Shown here: positions 9,052 to 18,848 of the stretch, piece by piece
Position numbering within the stretch: position 1 is the stretch's first letter
Layout of the letters: every line of letters begins with the position of its first letter
Assembly: GCA_964472505.1 (NCBI GenBank)
Contig: CAYYQW010000001.1
Coordinates: 30,701-94,700, forward strand
Direction: 5' to 3'
DNA length: 64,000 nucleotides
Origin: an uncultured Bacteroidaceae bacterium
GTDB lineage: Bacteria; Bacteroidota; Bacteroidia; Bacteroidales; JAADGE01
Program-made: the position numbers and the translations under genes
Notes under the pieces: model-generated
The model's database searches: none
What the model saw: only the letters and a program-made list of their open reading frames with translations
What the model was told of the DNA's origin: nothing

Positions 9052-10434
9052 ATGAAACAATTCTACAAAAAATATGCATTTATGCCGGTGCGTTTAGCAA
9101 GCCTTCTAAAAGCCAAAATGTACTCCGGTCGGCAGCGACGAACATTCAGCCTGCATCTGATATATTCGGTTCTGGACGGTGTAATACTGGGCGTGTTGGC
9201 ACTGAACGAATTTGTTTTAATCAAAGGATTGAAAGGGAGCGACTACCAGACTGCCGTCTTGTTTCAATTTGCTACCATTATACTTTTATTTTCAATACTG
9301 TTTAACGAACTGTTTAAACGCACGGTTCGTAAAAAAAAGATGCTGCGAATAATAGGCATTGCGACACGCCTTCCCTTAATATTGTTATTCTTTTTCCCGA
9401 ACAATATTGAAACAGTCAGCAACGAACTGTTTTACCAAGTGGCTTTTCTCGGTATTTTTCTAATTTATTACTCGGCCAATCCGATAATTTTCCCGGTGAT
9501 TAATCAATTATTGAAAAGCAATTATAAAAGTCAAAACTTTTCAAAATTCTATAGCTACGCCATAGCCGCCAATAAAGTTATTATGCTGGTAGTTACATTC
9601 GGAACGGGCATTTTACTGGACGCCGATTCAAGTGCTTACACACTGATATATCCGGGCTTGGCCATACTTGGAATCATTTCAATATTTGTGTTAATGCAAA
9701 TTGAATATCGTGTACCGGAATTTCCCAATCCGAGAAAAGGTTTACTCGATTCGGTAAAGCAATCGGTTCAATCTATGTGGGATATTTTACGACGCAACCG
9801 TCCTTTTCGAGATTTTGAAATCGGGTTTATTCTTTATGGTTTTGCTTGGCTTTCGACCATGGCTGTGGTTGCCATTTTTCTGGAAAATGTACTGGAACTG
9901 AACTATACGAGCATTGCTTTTTACAAAAACATATATGCGGTAATCAGCATTATATTCACGCCCATTTTCGGGCAATTACTCGGCCACATTGACCCGCGAA
10001 AATTTGCCGTTTTAAATTTCGGGGCTCTCCTACTCTACTTGTTTTTTATGGGTATGAGCGAGTACGTGCGCGCCGGCACCGAACTGTTCGGAATAACGAT
10101 ATATTGGTCGCTTTTAGCCTCATTTACATTTTACGGCTTATTTGCCGCCATGATGGCATTGCTTTGGTATATCGGTTCGGCATATTTTTGCAGAGATGAA
10201 GAAGCCGGCGATTACCAATCCATTCACCTCACTTTAACCGGCTTCCGCGGTTTATTTGCTCCTTTGGTCGGAATATTTTTCTATAAATTAATCGGATACA
10301 GCGGCGTATATCTCATGGCCATAGGCTCACTTTCGGCAGCCATATTGTTGATGTTTTGGTCCGTGAAACATCGGAAAAAAATTGAAATCGAAGCCGCCAA
10401 AACAGAAACCAAAACAGTCGAACAGAAAACATAA
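9052..10434 (+). CDS. MFS transporter
   Basis: About 12 hydrophobic segments in two halves; YQSIHLTLTGFRGLFAPLVG. Confidence 0.8.
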   Translation: MKQFYKKYAFMPVRLASLLKAKMYSGRQRRTFSLHLIYSVLDGVILGVLALNEFVLIKGLKGSDYQTAVLFQFATIILLFSILFNELFKRTVRKKKMLRIIGIATRLPLILLFFFPNNIETVSNELFYQVAFLGIFLIYYSANPIIFPVINQLLKSNYKSQNFSKFYSYAIAANKVIMLVVTFGTGILLDADSSAYTLIYPGLAILGIISIFVLMQIEYRVPEFPNPRKGLLDSVKQSVQSMWDILRRNRPFRDFEIGFILYGFAWLSTMAVVAIFLENVLELNYTSIAFYKNIYAVISIIFTPIFGQLLGHIDPRKFAVLNFGALLLYLFFMGMSEYVRAGTELFGITIYWSLLASFTFYGLFAAMMALLWYIGSAYFCRDEEAGDYQSIHLTLTGFRGLFAPLVGIFFYKLIGYSGVYLMAIGSLSAAILLMFWSVKHRKKIEIEAAKTETKTVEQKT

Positions 10435-10476
10435 TTAACTTGCATATTTATTTTCCCGCCCTCTGCCTTTCGAGAA

Positions 10477-10509
10477 TTTGACGTTTATGGTAAATATTTC
10501 ATACATTTG
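10477..10509 (+). promoter_or_regulatory. Sigma-A promoter (-33 TTTG, -7 TACATTTG) for the GT2-MMPL-oxidoreductase operon
   Basis: TTTG at 10477-10480, 21-nt spacer, TACATTTG at 10502-10509; supports the ATG at 10534. Confidence 0.65.
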
Positions 10510-10533
10510 TCTTCTCAAATTCAGGAATATCAA

Positions 10534-11727
10534 ATGAATACAATAAATAATAAAACCCTCGGGAAAACGGATACCTGTGTATTGTTGCCCGTTTACAATA
10601 ATGAAGAAAGCATTGCCGAAGTAATTAAAAATGTGCTTCAGTACACCCGCGATATTATTGTTATAAACGACGGCTCGGATGATAAAACACCGGAAATTCT
10701 TAAACAGTTTTCCGATATACACAGCGTTTCATATCCCAAAAACAGAGGAAAAGGTTTTGCCTTGCGCCAAGGCTTCAAACGTGCCAAAGAGCTGGGCTAC
10801 CGCTATGCAATAAGCATGGATACCGACGGCCAACATTTTGCCGAAGATTTGCATAAATTTGTCGAAGCCTCAAAAGAATTTCCGGAAGCCATCATTATAG
10901 GAGCTCGCAAATTTGACTCCGAAAATATACCCGGTGGCAGCAGTTTTGGGCGAAAATTTTCAAATTTCTGGTTTAGAATTGAAACCGGCATCAAACACCC
11001 GGATACTCAATCGGGTTTCCGCCTGTATCCGCTTGAAAAATTAAAAAATTACCGGTGGTTTACCAATCGTTACGAATTTGAGATTGAAGTAATTGTTCGC
11101 TATGCCTGGCGCGGCGGCTATGTAAAATCGATTCCCGTGAAAGTCCATTATCCTGAGGCAGAAAAACGTGTATCGCATTTTCGCCCTTTCAAAGATTTTT
11201 TTCGTATCAGCCTGCTTAATACGTTGTTGGTAATTGCGGCTTTTTTATACGGCCTGCCTCGCCGACTGTATCACCTTATTCGGCGATACAGCCTTAAAGA
11301 GTTTTGGAAAAAATATATTTCGGGAGCAGAAGACAGCAATTTGAAACTCAGCCAATCCATCGGCTTGGGAATTTTCATGGGCATCATTCCACTTTGGGGT
11401 TGGCAAACTGTTTTGGCCATTGGCAGTGCCCACTTTCTCAAACTCAATAAAGTATTCACGATTTTGGCTGCAAATATCAGTCTTCCGCCTTTTATGCCTT
11501 TTATAATTTTCGGAAGTTTTTACACCGGCTCTTTAATATTAAATAACCCCTTAAGTTTGGCTTTCAGCGAAGGCATAAGTTTAAAAACCATTCAAAAGGA
11601 TATAGTTCAGTATATTGTAGGCAGTATGGCTCTGGCAATTATTGGCGGCCTTTTTGCTTTTGGCCTAAGCTATTTATTATTAAAAATATTCCGAACGGAT
11701 AAAAAACAGGCGCAAAAATATGTTTAA
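10534..11727 (+). CDS. GT2 glycosyltransferase fused to DUF2062
   Basis: LPVYNN, INDGSDD, NRGKGFAL, MDTDGQH, DTQSGFRLYPL; C-terminal GIIPLWGWQ...ANISLPP membrane domain. Confidence 0.88.
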   Translation: MNTINNKTLGKTDTCVLLPVYNNEESIAEVIKNVLQYTRDIIVINDGSDDKTPEILKQFSDIHSVSYPKNRGKGFALRQGFKRAKELGYRYAISMDTDGQHFAEDLHKFVEASKEFPEAIIIGARKFDSENIPGGSSFGRKFSNFWFRIETGIKHPDTQSGFRLYPLEKLKNYRWFTNRYEFEIEVIVRYAWRGGYVKSIPVKVHYPEAEKRVSHFRPFKDFFRISLLNTLLVIAAFLYGLPRRLYHLIRRYSLKEFWKKYISGAEDSNLKLSQSIGLGIFMGIIPLWGWQTVLAIGSAHFLKLNKVFTILAANISLPPFMPFIIFGSFYTGSLILNNPLSLAFSEGISLKTIQKDIVQYIVGSMALAIIGGLFAFGLSYLLLKIFRTDKKQAQKYV

Positions 11728-14700
11728 ATCTCTGTATAAATATTTCAGCAAACACATATTTCATCTGATTATACCGCTATTGGCTATTTTTGCTACAGCC
11801 GTATATCTAAGCTTAACCATACAGCCCGTGGAAGAAATTTCGGAGATGCTTCCTATGGATGAAAGCACAGAGCGCTTTGACGAAGTCAGAAAAAATATCC
11901 GGTTTAACGACCGCATTATATTGATAATAAGCCATAAAGACAGCAGTACAATTCCCGATTCAAAACCACTGATTGCTTTTGCCGATTCGCTGCATGAAAA
12001 CATACTAAAAAATTACGGACAATTTATTGATAATGAAAAAAATACAAAGCTAACCAATATTGAAAGTCAAGTGTATGATATTTTTTATCGGCATTTACCC
12101 ATATTTATAGAAAAGGAAGACTACAAAGCCATTGACAGCCTAATGAACCGAGAAGCCCTCGAAAAAACATTGGAGCAGAATTTTAAAAACCTAATTTCAG
12201 CGGCCGGTACTTTTACAAAAAAATACATTACACAAGACCCTTTGAGCATTACGCCAAAAGCCCTAAAGCGCTTGGAAAAACTTAAACCCGATGAAAGTTT
12301 TAGCTTAGATGAAGGCTATGTTTTCACCGAAAATAAAAGGCATCTGTTGATGTTTATAGATATTAAACATTCCGAAAACACCGCTTCAAAATCTGCCGAA
12401 TTAATTAAAGGCATTCGTAAAGAAATTAGCAAAACCGGAAAAAAACAAAGCGCAATAAAAACCGAACTGTTTGGCGCTCCGGTTGTGGCAGCAGGAAATT
12501 CGGAGCAAATAAAAACCGATATTTTGTTTACCGTTTCACTGGCTGTTATTGTATTGATAGTCTTTCTGACTCTATTTTTTCGGCGGCCGGAAATATTTCT
12601 AATCATATTTTTACCGGCAATATTTGGCGCTGCAGTTTCCGTTGCAATCATTCACTTGGTACAAGGCAATGTCTCTTTAATATCATTAGGCATAGGCTCC
12701 ATTCTCACCGGAATTTCTATAGATTATTCGCTGCACATACTCAACCATGCACGCCGACAAAAACAGATTGCTAATATTTTCAAAGACGTAGCTGCGCCCA
12801 TTCTTATCAGCAGTTTATCCACGGGCACGGCTTTTTTTGCACTGCTTTTTGTAAGTTCCAAAGCCTTGCAGGACTTAGGGCTTTTTGCCGGTATCAGTGT
12901 ATTATCCGCCGCAGTTTTTGCCCTTGTGGCTTTGCCCCATTTGATAAGAAAAAGCTCGCATCAGCCAAAAAGCAAAAAAATTACTGAACGCATTGCCGGT
13001 TTTGCGTTTCATAAAAGTAAAGCAGCGCTGATATTATTGGCTGCCCTCACAGTTATCAGCAGTTTCTTTGCCGGCAAAACACAGTTTGAAGGCGACATGG
13101 ACCGCATGAACTACATGACTGAGGAAACTAAAACAGCCCAAAATACCTTAAACGAAATCAGCGGATTGGGATATAAAACCTTGTATATTGCCGCAGAAGG
13201 AGAAACCCTCGGCGATGCCTTAAACAATAACAAACAAATAGGCAGCCTTTTAGATTCGCTCCGCTCTGAACACATTATTGAATCCTACAGTTCAGTACAC
13301 CCGGTGCTGATTGCTCCCGAATTGCAAAAAGAACGTATTGCCCGTTGGAATAACTATTTTTCGGATGAAAAAAAGCAGTTCATTAAAAAAAATCTAAAAG
13401 AGCAAGGCAAGAAGTTTGGTTTTAAAGCAGAGGCTTTTGAAGATTTTTATGAGCATCTGAATAAAAATTTTGAAGTGCTGCAAACAGAAGATGAAGATTT
13501 TAAAAAACTGCAACAGCTCTTTGCAAAAGATTTGATTAGTCAAAATGATAATAAAACCATTTTACTCAGTGTTCTAAATATAAAAGAAACAAACAAATCG
13601 GCCGTTAGAGAAAGCCTGCCAAATGATGACTCAATAATACTTTTTGACCATAAAGCATTTACAGACAAAATAATAGACATTCTGAAAAATGATTTTAACC
13701 GCTTGGTGGCTTTGTCACTCTCATTGGTGTTTTTAATATTGTTACTTTATTACGGGCGCATTGAATTAGCCCTGATTACATTTTTGCCGCTCATACTAAG
13801 TTGGCTGTGGACACTTGGCTTAATGGGGCTTTTTGATTTGAAATTCACCATTTTCAATATCATTATTTCCACATTTATATTTGGTTTGGGAATAGATTAC
13901 TGCATTTTTATTATGCAAGGCCTTCTGCAAAACTACCGCTACGGCAAAAGCAATTTACCTGTATTCAAAACATCGGTGTTGCTGTCGGCAATTACTACCA
14001 TTTCTGCCATCGGCGTATTAATTTTTGCCAAACACCCGGCCATACAGTCCATTGCGCTTTTATCGATAATCGGAATAATCTCGGTGGTATTTGCCGCCTA
14101 CACACTATTGCCGATTTTATTTCATTTCTTGATAAAACAACAAGGAAAAACACGCAGCCGTCCGGTAACAGCAAAAGATTTATTCTTTTCTCTTGCGGTG
14201 ATATTTACACTTTTTATCGGTTCTTTAATCAGCTTTTTTGCTGAGCTCGTTTTGCGTATTATTCCCGTTAACAAACGAATAAAAAAAGGATTTTTTCACC
14301 GTTGGATTCAAATCACTTTAAGTGCCATACGTTACGTACCGCTTAACATCCGTTGCCGTGTAAATAATCCTTTCGGAGAAAATTTCAAAAAACCGGCCGT
14401 AATAATCGCCAACCATCAAGCGCATTTGGATATTTCACTTATTTTGATGTTGCACCCTAAAATACTGATTTTAACCAACGATTGGGTTCAAAAAAACTTC
14501 TTTTACGGAAGAATTGTACGCTATGCTGATTATTTGCCCACCTCCAACGGGGCGGGAAAAAACACCCGACTGCTAAAAGAGAAAATAGAAAACGGTTATT
14601 CGCTCTTAATTTTTCCGGAAGGCACTCGCTCAAAAGACGGAAAAATACAGCGATTTCATAAAGGGGCTTTTTATTATGCTCAAGAATTCAATTTAGAAAT

Positions 14701-15562
14701 ACTGCCGATCATATTACACGGAACAGGCGATTGTATACCGAAAGGCGAACCTTTTTTAAAGTCGGGGCGAATAAGTGTAAATATTCAAAAACGCATCCGT
14801 GCGGATGATTACGGAACAGAGCTCCGCCGGCAGGCAAAAAATGTCCGACAATTGATGCAGAAGCAATATCAAGAAATAAAACAGATAGATGAAACCGGTC
14901 ATTATTTCAAACATAAGCTCATCGGAAATTATATTTATAAAGGCCCGATTTTGGAGCATTACATGCGAATAAAAATTCAAACGGAAAATTATTATGATTT
15001 TTTTCATAAAGCTTGTCCCGAAAAAGGTGTTATTACTGACATCGGTTGCGGATACGGTTTTATGAGCTACATGCTAAACTTTTTATCGCCCAAGCATGAA
15101 ATAAACGGCATTGATTATGACTGTAACAAAATAGATACGGCTGAAAACAATATTTCAAAAAATGAGCACTTGAATTTTTTATGTGCGGATATTAATGCAA
15201 TTGAATTGCCCGAGTCGGATGTATTTATACTGGCGGATATTTTGCATTATATGCCCAAAAACAAACAGCAAATGCTGATAAGCCGCTGTATAAAAAAATT
15301 AAAACCCAAAGGAAAAATTATCATTCGTGACGGAAATTCAGAAATGAGCCAAAAACACAAAGGCACAAAACTCTCAGAGTTTTTCTCAATACGCTTGTTA
15401 AAATTCAATAAGGCACAATACGGAAAACTGTTTTTCAGCTCGGAAAGCGAAATTGCCGAAACAGCCAAAGCCCATAACATGCAAATGAATGTTATTGACG
15501 AAACCAAACACACGTCTAATTTAATATATGTGCTTAGCAGGCCTAAAGCATCGCAATCATGA
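11720..15562 (+). CDS. Trifunctional MMPL/RND transporter - lysophospholipid acyltransferase - class I SAM methyltransferase
   Basis: Two MMPL repeats (GISIDYSLH, GLGIDYCIF), NHQAHLD (HX4D) and FPEGTRS, DIGCGYG; overlaps both neighbours. Confidence 0.88.
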   Translation: MFKSLYKYFSKHIFHLIIPLLAIFATAVYLSLTIQPVEEISEMLPMDESTERFDEVRKNIRFNDRIILIISHKDSSTIPDSKPLIAFADSLHENILKNYGQFIDNEKNTKLTNIESQVYDIFYRHLPIFIEKEDYKAIDSLMNREALEKTLEQNFKNLISAAGTFTKKYITQDPLSITPKALKRLEKLKPDESFSLDEGYVFTENKRHLLMFIDIKHSENTASKSAELIKGIRKEISKTGKKQSAIKTELFGAPVVAAGNSEQIKTDILFTVSLAVIVLIVFLTLFFRRPEIFLIIFLPAIFGAAVSVAIIHLVQGNVSLISLGIGSILTGISIDYSLHILNHARRQKQIANIFKDVAAPILISSLSTGTAFFALLFVSSKALQDLGLFAGISVLSAAVFALVALPHLIRKSSHQPKSKKITERIAGFAFHKSKAALILLAALTVISSFFAGKTQFEGDMDRMNYMTEETKTAQNTLNEISGLGYKTLYIAAEGETLGDALNNNKQIGSLLDSLRSEHIIESYSSVHPVLIAPELQKERIARWNNYFSDEKKQFIKKNLKEQGKKFGFKAEAFEDFYEHLNKNFEVLQTEDEDFKKLQQLFAKDLISQNDNKTILLSVLNIKETNKSAVRESLPNDDSIILFDHKAFTDKIIDILKNDFNRLVALSLSLVFLILLLYYGRIELALITFLPLILSWLWTLGLMGLFDLKFTIFNIIISTFIFGLGIDYCIFIMQGLLQNYRYGKSNLPVFKTSVLLSAITTISAIGVLIFAKHPAIQSIALLSIIGIISVVFAAYTLLPILFHFLIKQQGKTRSRPVTAKDLFFSLAVIFTLFIGSLISFFAELVLRIIPVNKRIKKGFFHRWIQITLSAIRYVPLNIRCRVNNPFGENFKKPAVIIANHQAHLDISLILMLHPKILILTNDWVQKNFFYGRIVRYADYLPTSNGAGKNTRLLKEKIENGYSLLIFPEGTRSKDGKIQRFHKGAFYYAQEFNLEILPIILHGTGDCIPKGEPFLKSGRISVNIQKRIRADDYGTELRRQAKNVRQLMQKQYQEIKQIDETGHYFKHKLIGNYIYKGPILEHYMRIKIQTENYYDFFHKACPEKGVITDIGCGYGFMSYMLNFLSPKHEINGIDYDCNKIDTAENNISKNEHLNFLCADINAIELPESDVFILADILHYMPKNKQQMLISRCIKKLKPKGKIIIRDGNSEMSQKHKGTKLSEFFSIRLLKFNKAQYGKLFFSSESEIAETAKAHNMQMNVIDETKHTSNLIYVLSRPKASQS

Positions 15563-17049
15563 AATATGATACTGTAATAGCAGGTGCCGGGATCTCCGGC
15601 TTAATGTGCGGATACATTCTGGCAAAAGAAGGACAAAAAGTATGTATTCTTGAAAAAAACCCCATTCCCGGCGGTTGTACGCAGAATTTCACTTTTCGCC
15701 GTAAGGTGTTTGACCCCGGTGCCCATTATATTGGCGGTATTGAAGCAGGCCAAAGTTTGCATGCATTTTTTAAGTACTTCGGCTTGCTTAACAAACTTCC
15801 GTTTTATAAATTAGATGAGAAAGCTTTTGATAAACTACACTTCACCGATAAAACGTATGCTTTTGCGCAAAGCAAAGAAGGATTTATTAATGGCTTGAGT
15901 AATGATTTTCCTAAAGAAAAAAATAATATCAGAAAATTCACGGATTATTTGGAGAAAAGTGCGCATTCATTTCCGGGTTTCAGCCTTACGCATAAAAATA
16001 AAGTATTTAAAGATGATATTTTTAAGAAAAATGCATTTGAAGAAATTCAAAAGTATATTTCCGATACTAAGCTGCAAAATATCCTATTCGGAAACTCACC
16101 GGCATACGACGGACACCCTGAAACAACCCCTTTTTATATTTATGCGCTGCTCACTTACGGATATATTGAAAGTGCCTATCGAATAATAGGCGGAAGCGGT
16201 AAAATTGCAGAACAATTGGCAGAAAATTTTGAAAACACGGGCGGCTGTATTCGTTACAATTTTAATGTTCAAAAAATACTTACGGATGCACACGGAAAAC
16301 CTACAGGTATTCAAAGTAAAACGAATGAAAGCATATACGGAAACACAATTATTTCTACCCTGCATCCGTCAAAATTCATAGCTATAAGCCCGGACGGTTT
16401 GTTCCGAAATGCTTTTAAATACCGCATAAACAAATTAGCAGATACAACCGGGGTTTTTAGTGTATATGCCACTTTAAAAGAAAACAGCTTTCCGTTTATT
16501 AATTCCGTTAATTACTGCACAGACCGGCTTACCGGGAAGGCAATTGAAGCCTATAATAATAATGAGTTCGGAGAACAAATTCTTTTGCTGACACAACCTT
16601 CACAAGAAAAACAAAGGTATGCAGACAGCCTGCAACTAATGACAGCGGCAGCTTACTCGCTTTTCAAAAAATGGGAAAAGACTACGGTAGGAAAACGCGG
16701 AAAGGACTACAGAAGCTATAAAAGAGAAATTGCAAATACATTAATTAAAAAAACAGAAAAGTTTTTCCCGGGGATAACAGAAAGCATTGTCCATATCAAT
16801 ACCTCAAGTCCTCTCACATATCGAGATTATACCGGCAGCCGCAAAGGAAGCATTTACGGTACCGAAAAAGACAGCAATAATTACATACTCACAAATATTT
16901 CTCATAAGACAAAAATCCCCAACTTATATCTCGGCGGACAAAGTGCCAACATACACGGTGTGCACGGCGCAGCCGCCGGAGCCTACATGCTTTGTTCCGA
17001 TATTCTGGGCGCAGATTATTTAAGAAAAAAGATAACTGAAGAATGCTAA
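15559..17049 (+). CDS. FAD-dependent oxidoreductase, phytoene dehydrogenase/retinol saturase-like
   Basis: GAGISGL Rossmann motif, EKNPIPGG, FDPGAHYIGG, SSPLTYRDY.G...GSIYG, NLYLGGQS. Confidence 0.85.
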   Translation: MKYDTVIAGAGISGLMCGYILAKEGQKVCILEKNPIPGGCTQNFTFRRKVFDPGAHYIGGIEAGQSLHAFFKYFGLLNKLPFYKLDEKAFDKLHFTDKTYAFAQSKEGFINGLSNDFPKEKNNIRKFTDYLEKSAHSFPGFSLTHKNKVFKDDIFKKNAFEEIQKYISDTKLQNILFGNSPAYDGHPETTPFYIYALLTYGYIESAYRIIGGSGKIAEQLAENFENTGGCIRYNFNVQKILTDAHGKPTGIQSKTNESIYGNTIISTLHPSKFIAISPDGLFRNAFKYRINKLADTTGVFSVYATLKENSFPFINSVNYCTDRLTGKAIEAYNNNEFGEQILLLTQPSQEKQRYADSLQLMTAAAYSLFKKWEKTTVGKRGKDYRSYKREIANTLIKKTEKFFPGITESIVHINTSSPLTYRDYTGSRKGSIYGTEKDSNNYILTNISHKTKIPNLYLGGQSANIHGVHGAAAGAYMLCSDILGADYLRKKITEEC

Positions 17050-17207
17050 GGAACGGTTATGAAATAAGATATAATAGTTGGCGAAGTTATTTTGTTCTTT
17101 AACAACTTGAAAAATTTGCGAATAGCACAGCTATTTAAGAACTTTTTCAAGGAAGTTAAAGGGCAAAAGAACAAGCAAACCGTTATAGATTATTTCGTAT
17201 CCGTTCC
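17050..17207. mobile_element. 158-bp fold-back MITE-like element with 25-bp imperfect TIRs and TAA target-site duplication
   Basis: Left GGAACGGTTATGAAATAAGATATAA versus reverse-complemented right end GGAACGGATACGAAATAATCTATAA (21/25); TAA at 17047-49 and 17208-10; nested internal stems. Confidence 0.7.
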
Positions 17208-17959
17208 TAAAGCTGTATGTCTAAATTTAAAGCATATTCATAGCCTAAATTAAAAATCTCATCGGCTTTTCGCACCCTAAGATATTCATAATTAGCTAAA
17301 TCCGGTGGTTCAATAATTAAATCGGCATCTTGCTTTTGGTTGATTAAATTGCCGTTGGTAGCCATTTCTGCTACGCGCGAAATAATGCTTTTCAGGCTGC
17401 TGATTTCCCGGCCTTTGTTTACGGGAATTAAACTACTGATTATCAGCTTCTCACACTTATTACGCAAAGGCTCTGCAGGCAGGTTATCCACCAAGCCGCC
17501 GTCCGCATAATAATTTCCGTTGATTTCCACCGGAGTAAACATTACCGGAATTGCCGATGAAGCCATAACTGCACGCGCTATAGGGCCGGTATTAAGGTAT
17601 TCGGCACGGCCCGTATTGAGGTTTGAGACTGCAACATAGAAAGGAATTTGCAGATCTTCCAGATTCTTTACTGAAAGAATATCATCCAAGCGCTTGGCCA
17701 AACCTTCCAAACTAAAAAAACCTCTGCGCGGAAACTTAACGGATGTGTATGACATGAAAGCTTTATCCTTAAAAAGCTGAAAAGCCTCATCGGGTGTTTT
17801 GCCGTCGGCTATTAAAGCACCGGCGATACTGCCTGCACTGGCTCCGGAAATAATATCGGGTTTTATTCCTTTTTCTTCCAAAGCTTTTAATACGCCAAGA
17901 TGAGCAAAGCCACGTGCTCCGCCTCCGCCCAATACAATACCGTATGTGTGTTTTTGCAT
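17207..17959 (-). CDS. Patatin-like phospholipase
   Basis: LGGGGARG, GASAG nucleophile elbow, DGG. Confidence 0.92.
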   Translation of the reverse strand: MQKHTYGIVLGGGGARGFAHLGVLKALEEKGIKPDIISGASAGSIAGALIADGKTPDEAFQLFKDKAFMSYTSVKFPRRGFFSLEGLAKRLDDILSVKNLEDLQIPFYVAVSNLNTGRAEYLNTGPIARAVMASSAIPVMFTPVEINGNYYADGGLVDNLPAEPLRNKCEKLIISSLIPVNKGREISSLKSIISRVAEMATNGNLINQKQDADLIIEPPDLANYEYLRVRKADEIFNLGYEYALNLDIQL

Positions 17960-18080
17960 AATAATCGTTTTTTACAAAAATAATGATTATTTTTCTGAAA
18001 ATATCAGGAAACAAATTAGGATATGTAAATCTTTTATTATTCCTTTGCATTATTAATAATCATTCTAAATAATAAAAACC

Positions 18081-18593
18081 ATGGAACAAAACAAGGTAAA
18101 AATCACATTCGCAGGAAACCCAATGCCCGTATCGGGAAAAGAAATAAAAGTTGGTGATAAAGCACCGGACTTCACAGTGGTAGGTAATGACCTGAAACCG
18201 GTCAAACTTTCGGATTACAAAGGAAGAGTACGCGTACTGTCGATATTTCCGTCATTGGATACCGGCGTATGTGCTGCACAAACACGCAAATTTAATGAAG
18301 AAGCTGCCAAGACAGATGCCATTGACATTCTCTCCATTTCGGTAGATTTACCCTTTGCACAAAAACGCTTTTGCGGTGCCGAAGGCATTGATGCCGCCGT
18401 TACCCTCTCCGACCACAAAGATTTGGATTTCGGGAAAAAATATGGATTTGTAATGGAGCCCTTGCGACTATTGGCTCGCGGAACCGTAGTTATAGACAAA
18501 GACGATACCGTAAAATACGTAGAATACGTGCCCGAAGTAACCAACGAGCCGAATTACGATGCGGCATTGAAAGTAGCTAAAGAATTGGTATAA
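18081..18593 (+). CDS. tpx: Thiol peroxidase (atypical 2-Cys peroxiredoxin)
   Basis: PSLDTGVCAAQTRKFN, SVDLPFAQKRFC, EPNYDAAL. Confidence 0.95.
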   Translation: MEQNKVKITFAGNPMPVSGKEIKVGDKAPDFTVVGNDLKPVKLSDYKGRVRVLSIFPSLDTGVCAAQTRKFNEEAAKTDAIDILSISVDLPFAQKRFCGAEGIDAAVTLSDHKDLDFGKKYGFVMEPLRLLARGTVVIDKDDTVKYVEYVPEVTNEPNYDAALKVAKELV

Positions 18594-18612
18594 CAAAACC
18601 AAAGAAACCTAG

Positions 18613-18644
18613 AAGCCCGACAGGCATTGCTTGTCGGGCTTTTT
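18613..18644 (+). terminator. tpx terminator
   Basis: AAGCCCGACA/TGTCGGGCTT stem plus T-run. Confidence 0.75.
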
Positions 18645-18746
18645 GTAAAATCGTGGCACGATTATAACTATAAAAAACTCACCTGTATAAGTGAATGCAA
18701 CTACTTATAAATGGCCAATTCAAACCCTGACTTACGGATTTCAGGC

Positions 18747-18781
18747 ATCAACAATCAACATCTTACATCTTACATCTAATA
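18747..18781. repeat. Degenerate heptamer tandem repeat
   Basis: ATCAACA x2, TCTTACA x2, TCTAATA. Confidence 0.5.
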
Positions 18782-18824
18782 AAAGCACGTTTTGAAGTCC
18801 TATCGGACGTTCAAAAGTGCTTTT
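18781..18824. terminator. Long hairpin downstream of msrAB, probable terminator
   Basis: AAAAGCAC-GTTTTGAA-GTCC / GGAC-G-TTCAAAA-GTGCTTTT. Confidence 0.65.
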
Positions 18825-18848
18825 AATTTACTGCCGGCTGTTTTTTCT

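Noticed and set aside
18747-18781. Heptamer repeats as a phase-variation tract
   Set aside because: Only two identical units in a row, located between two terminators.
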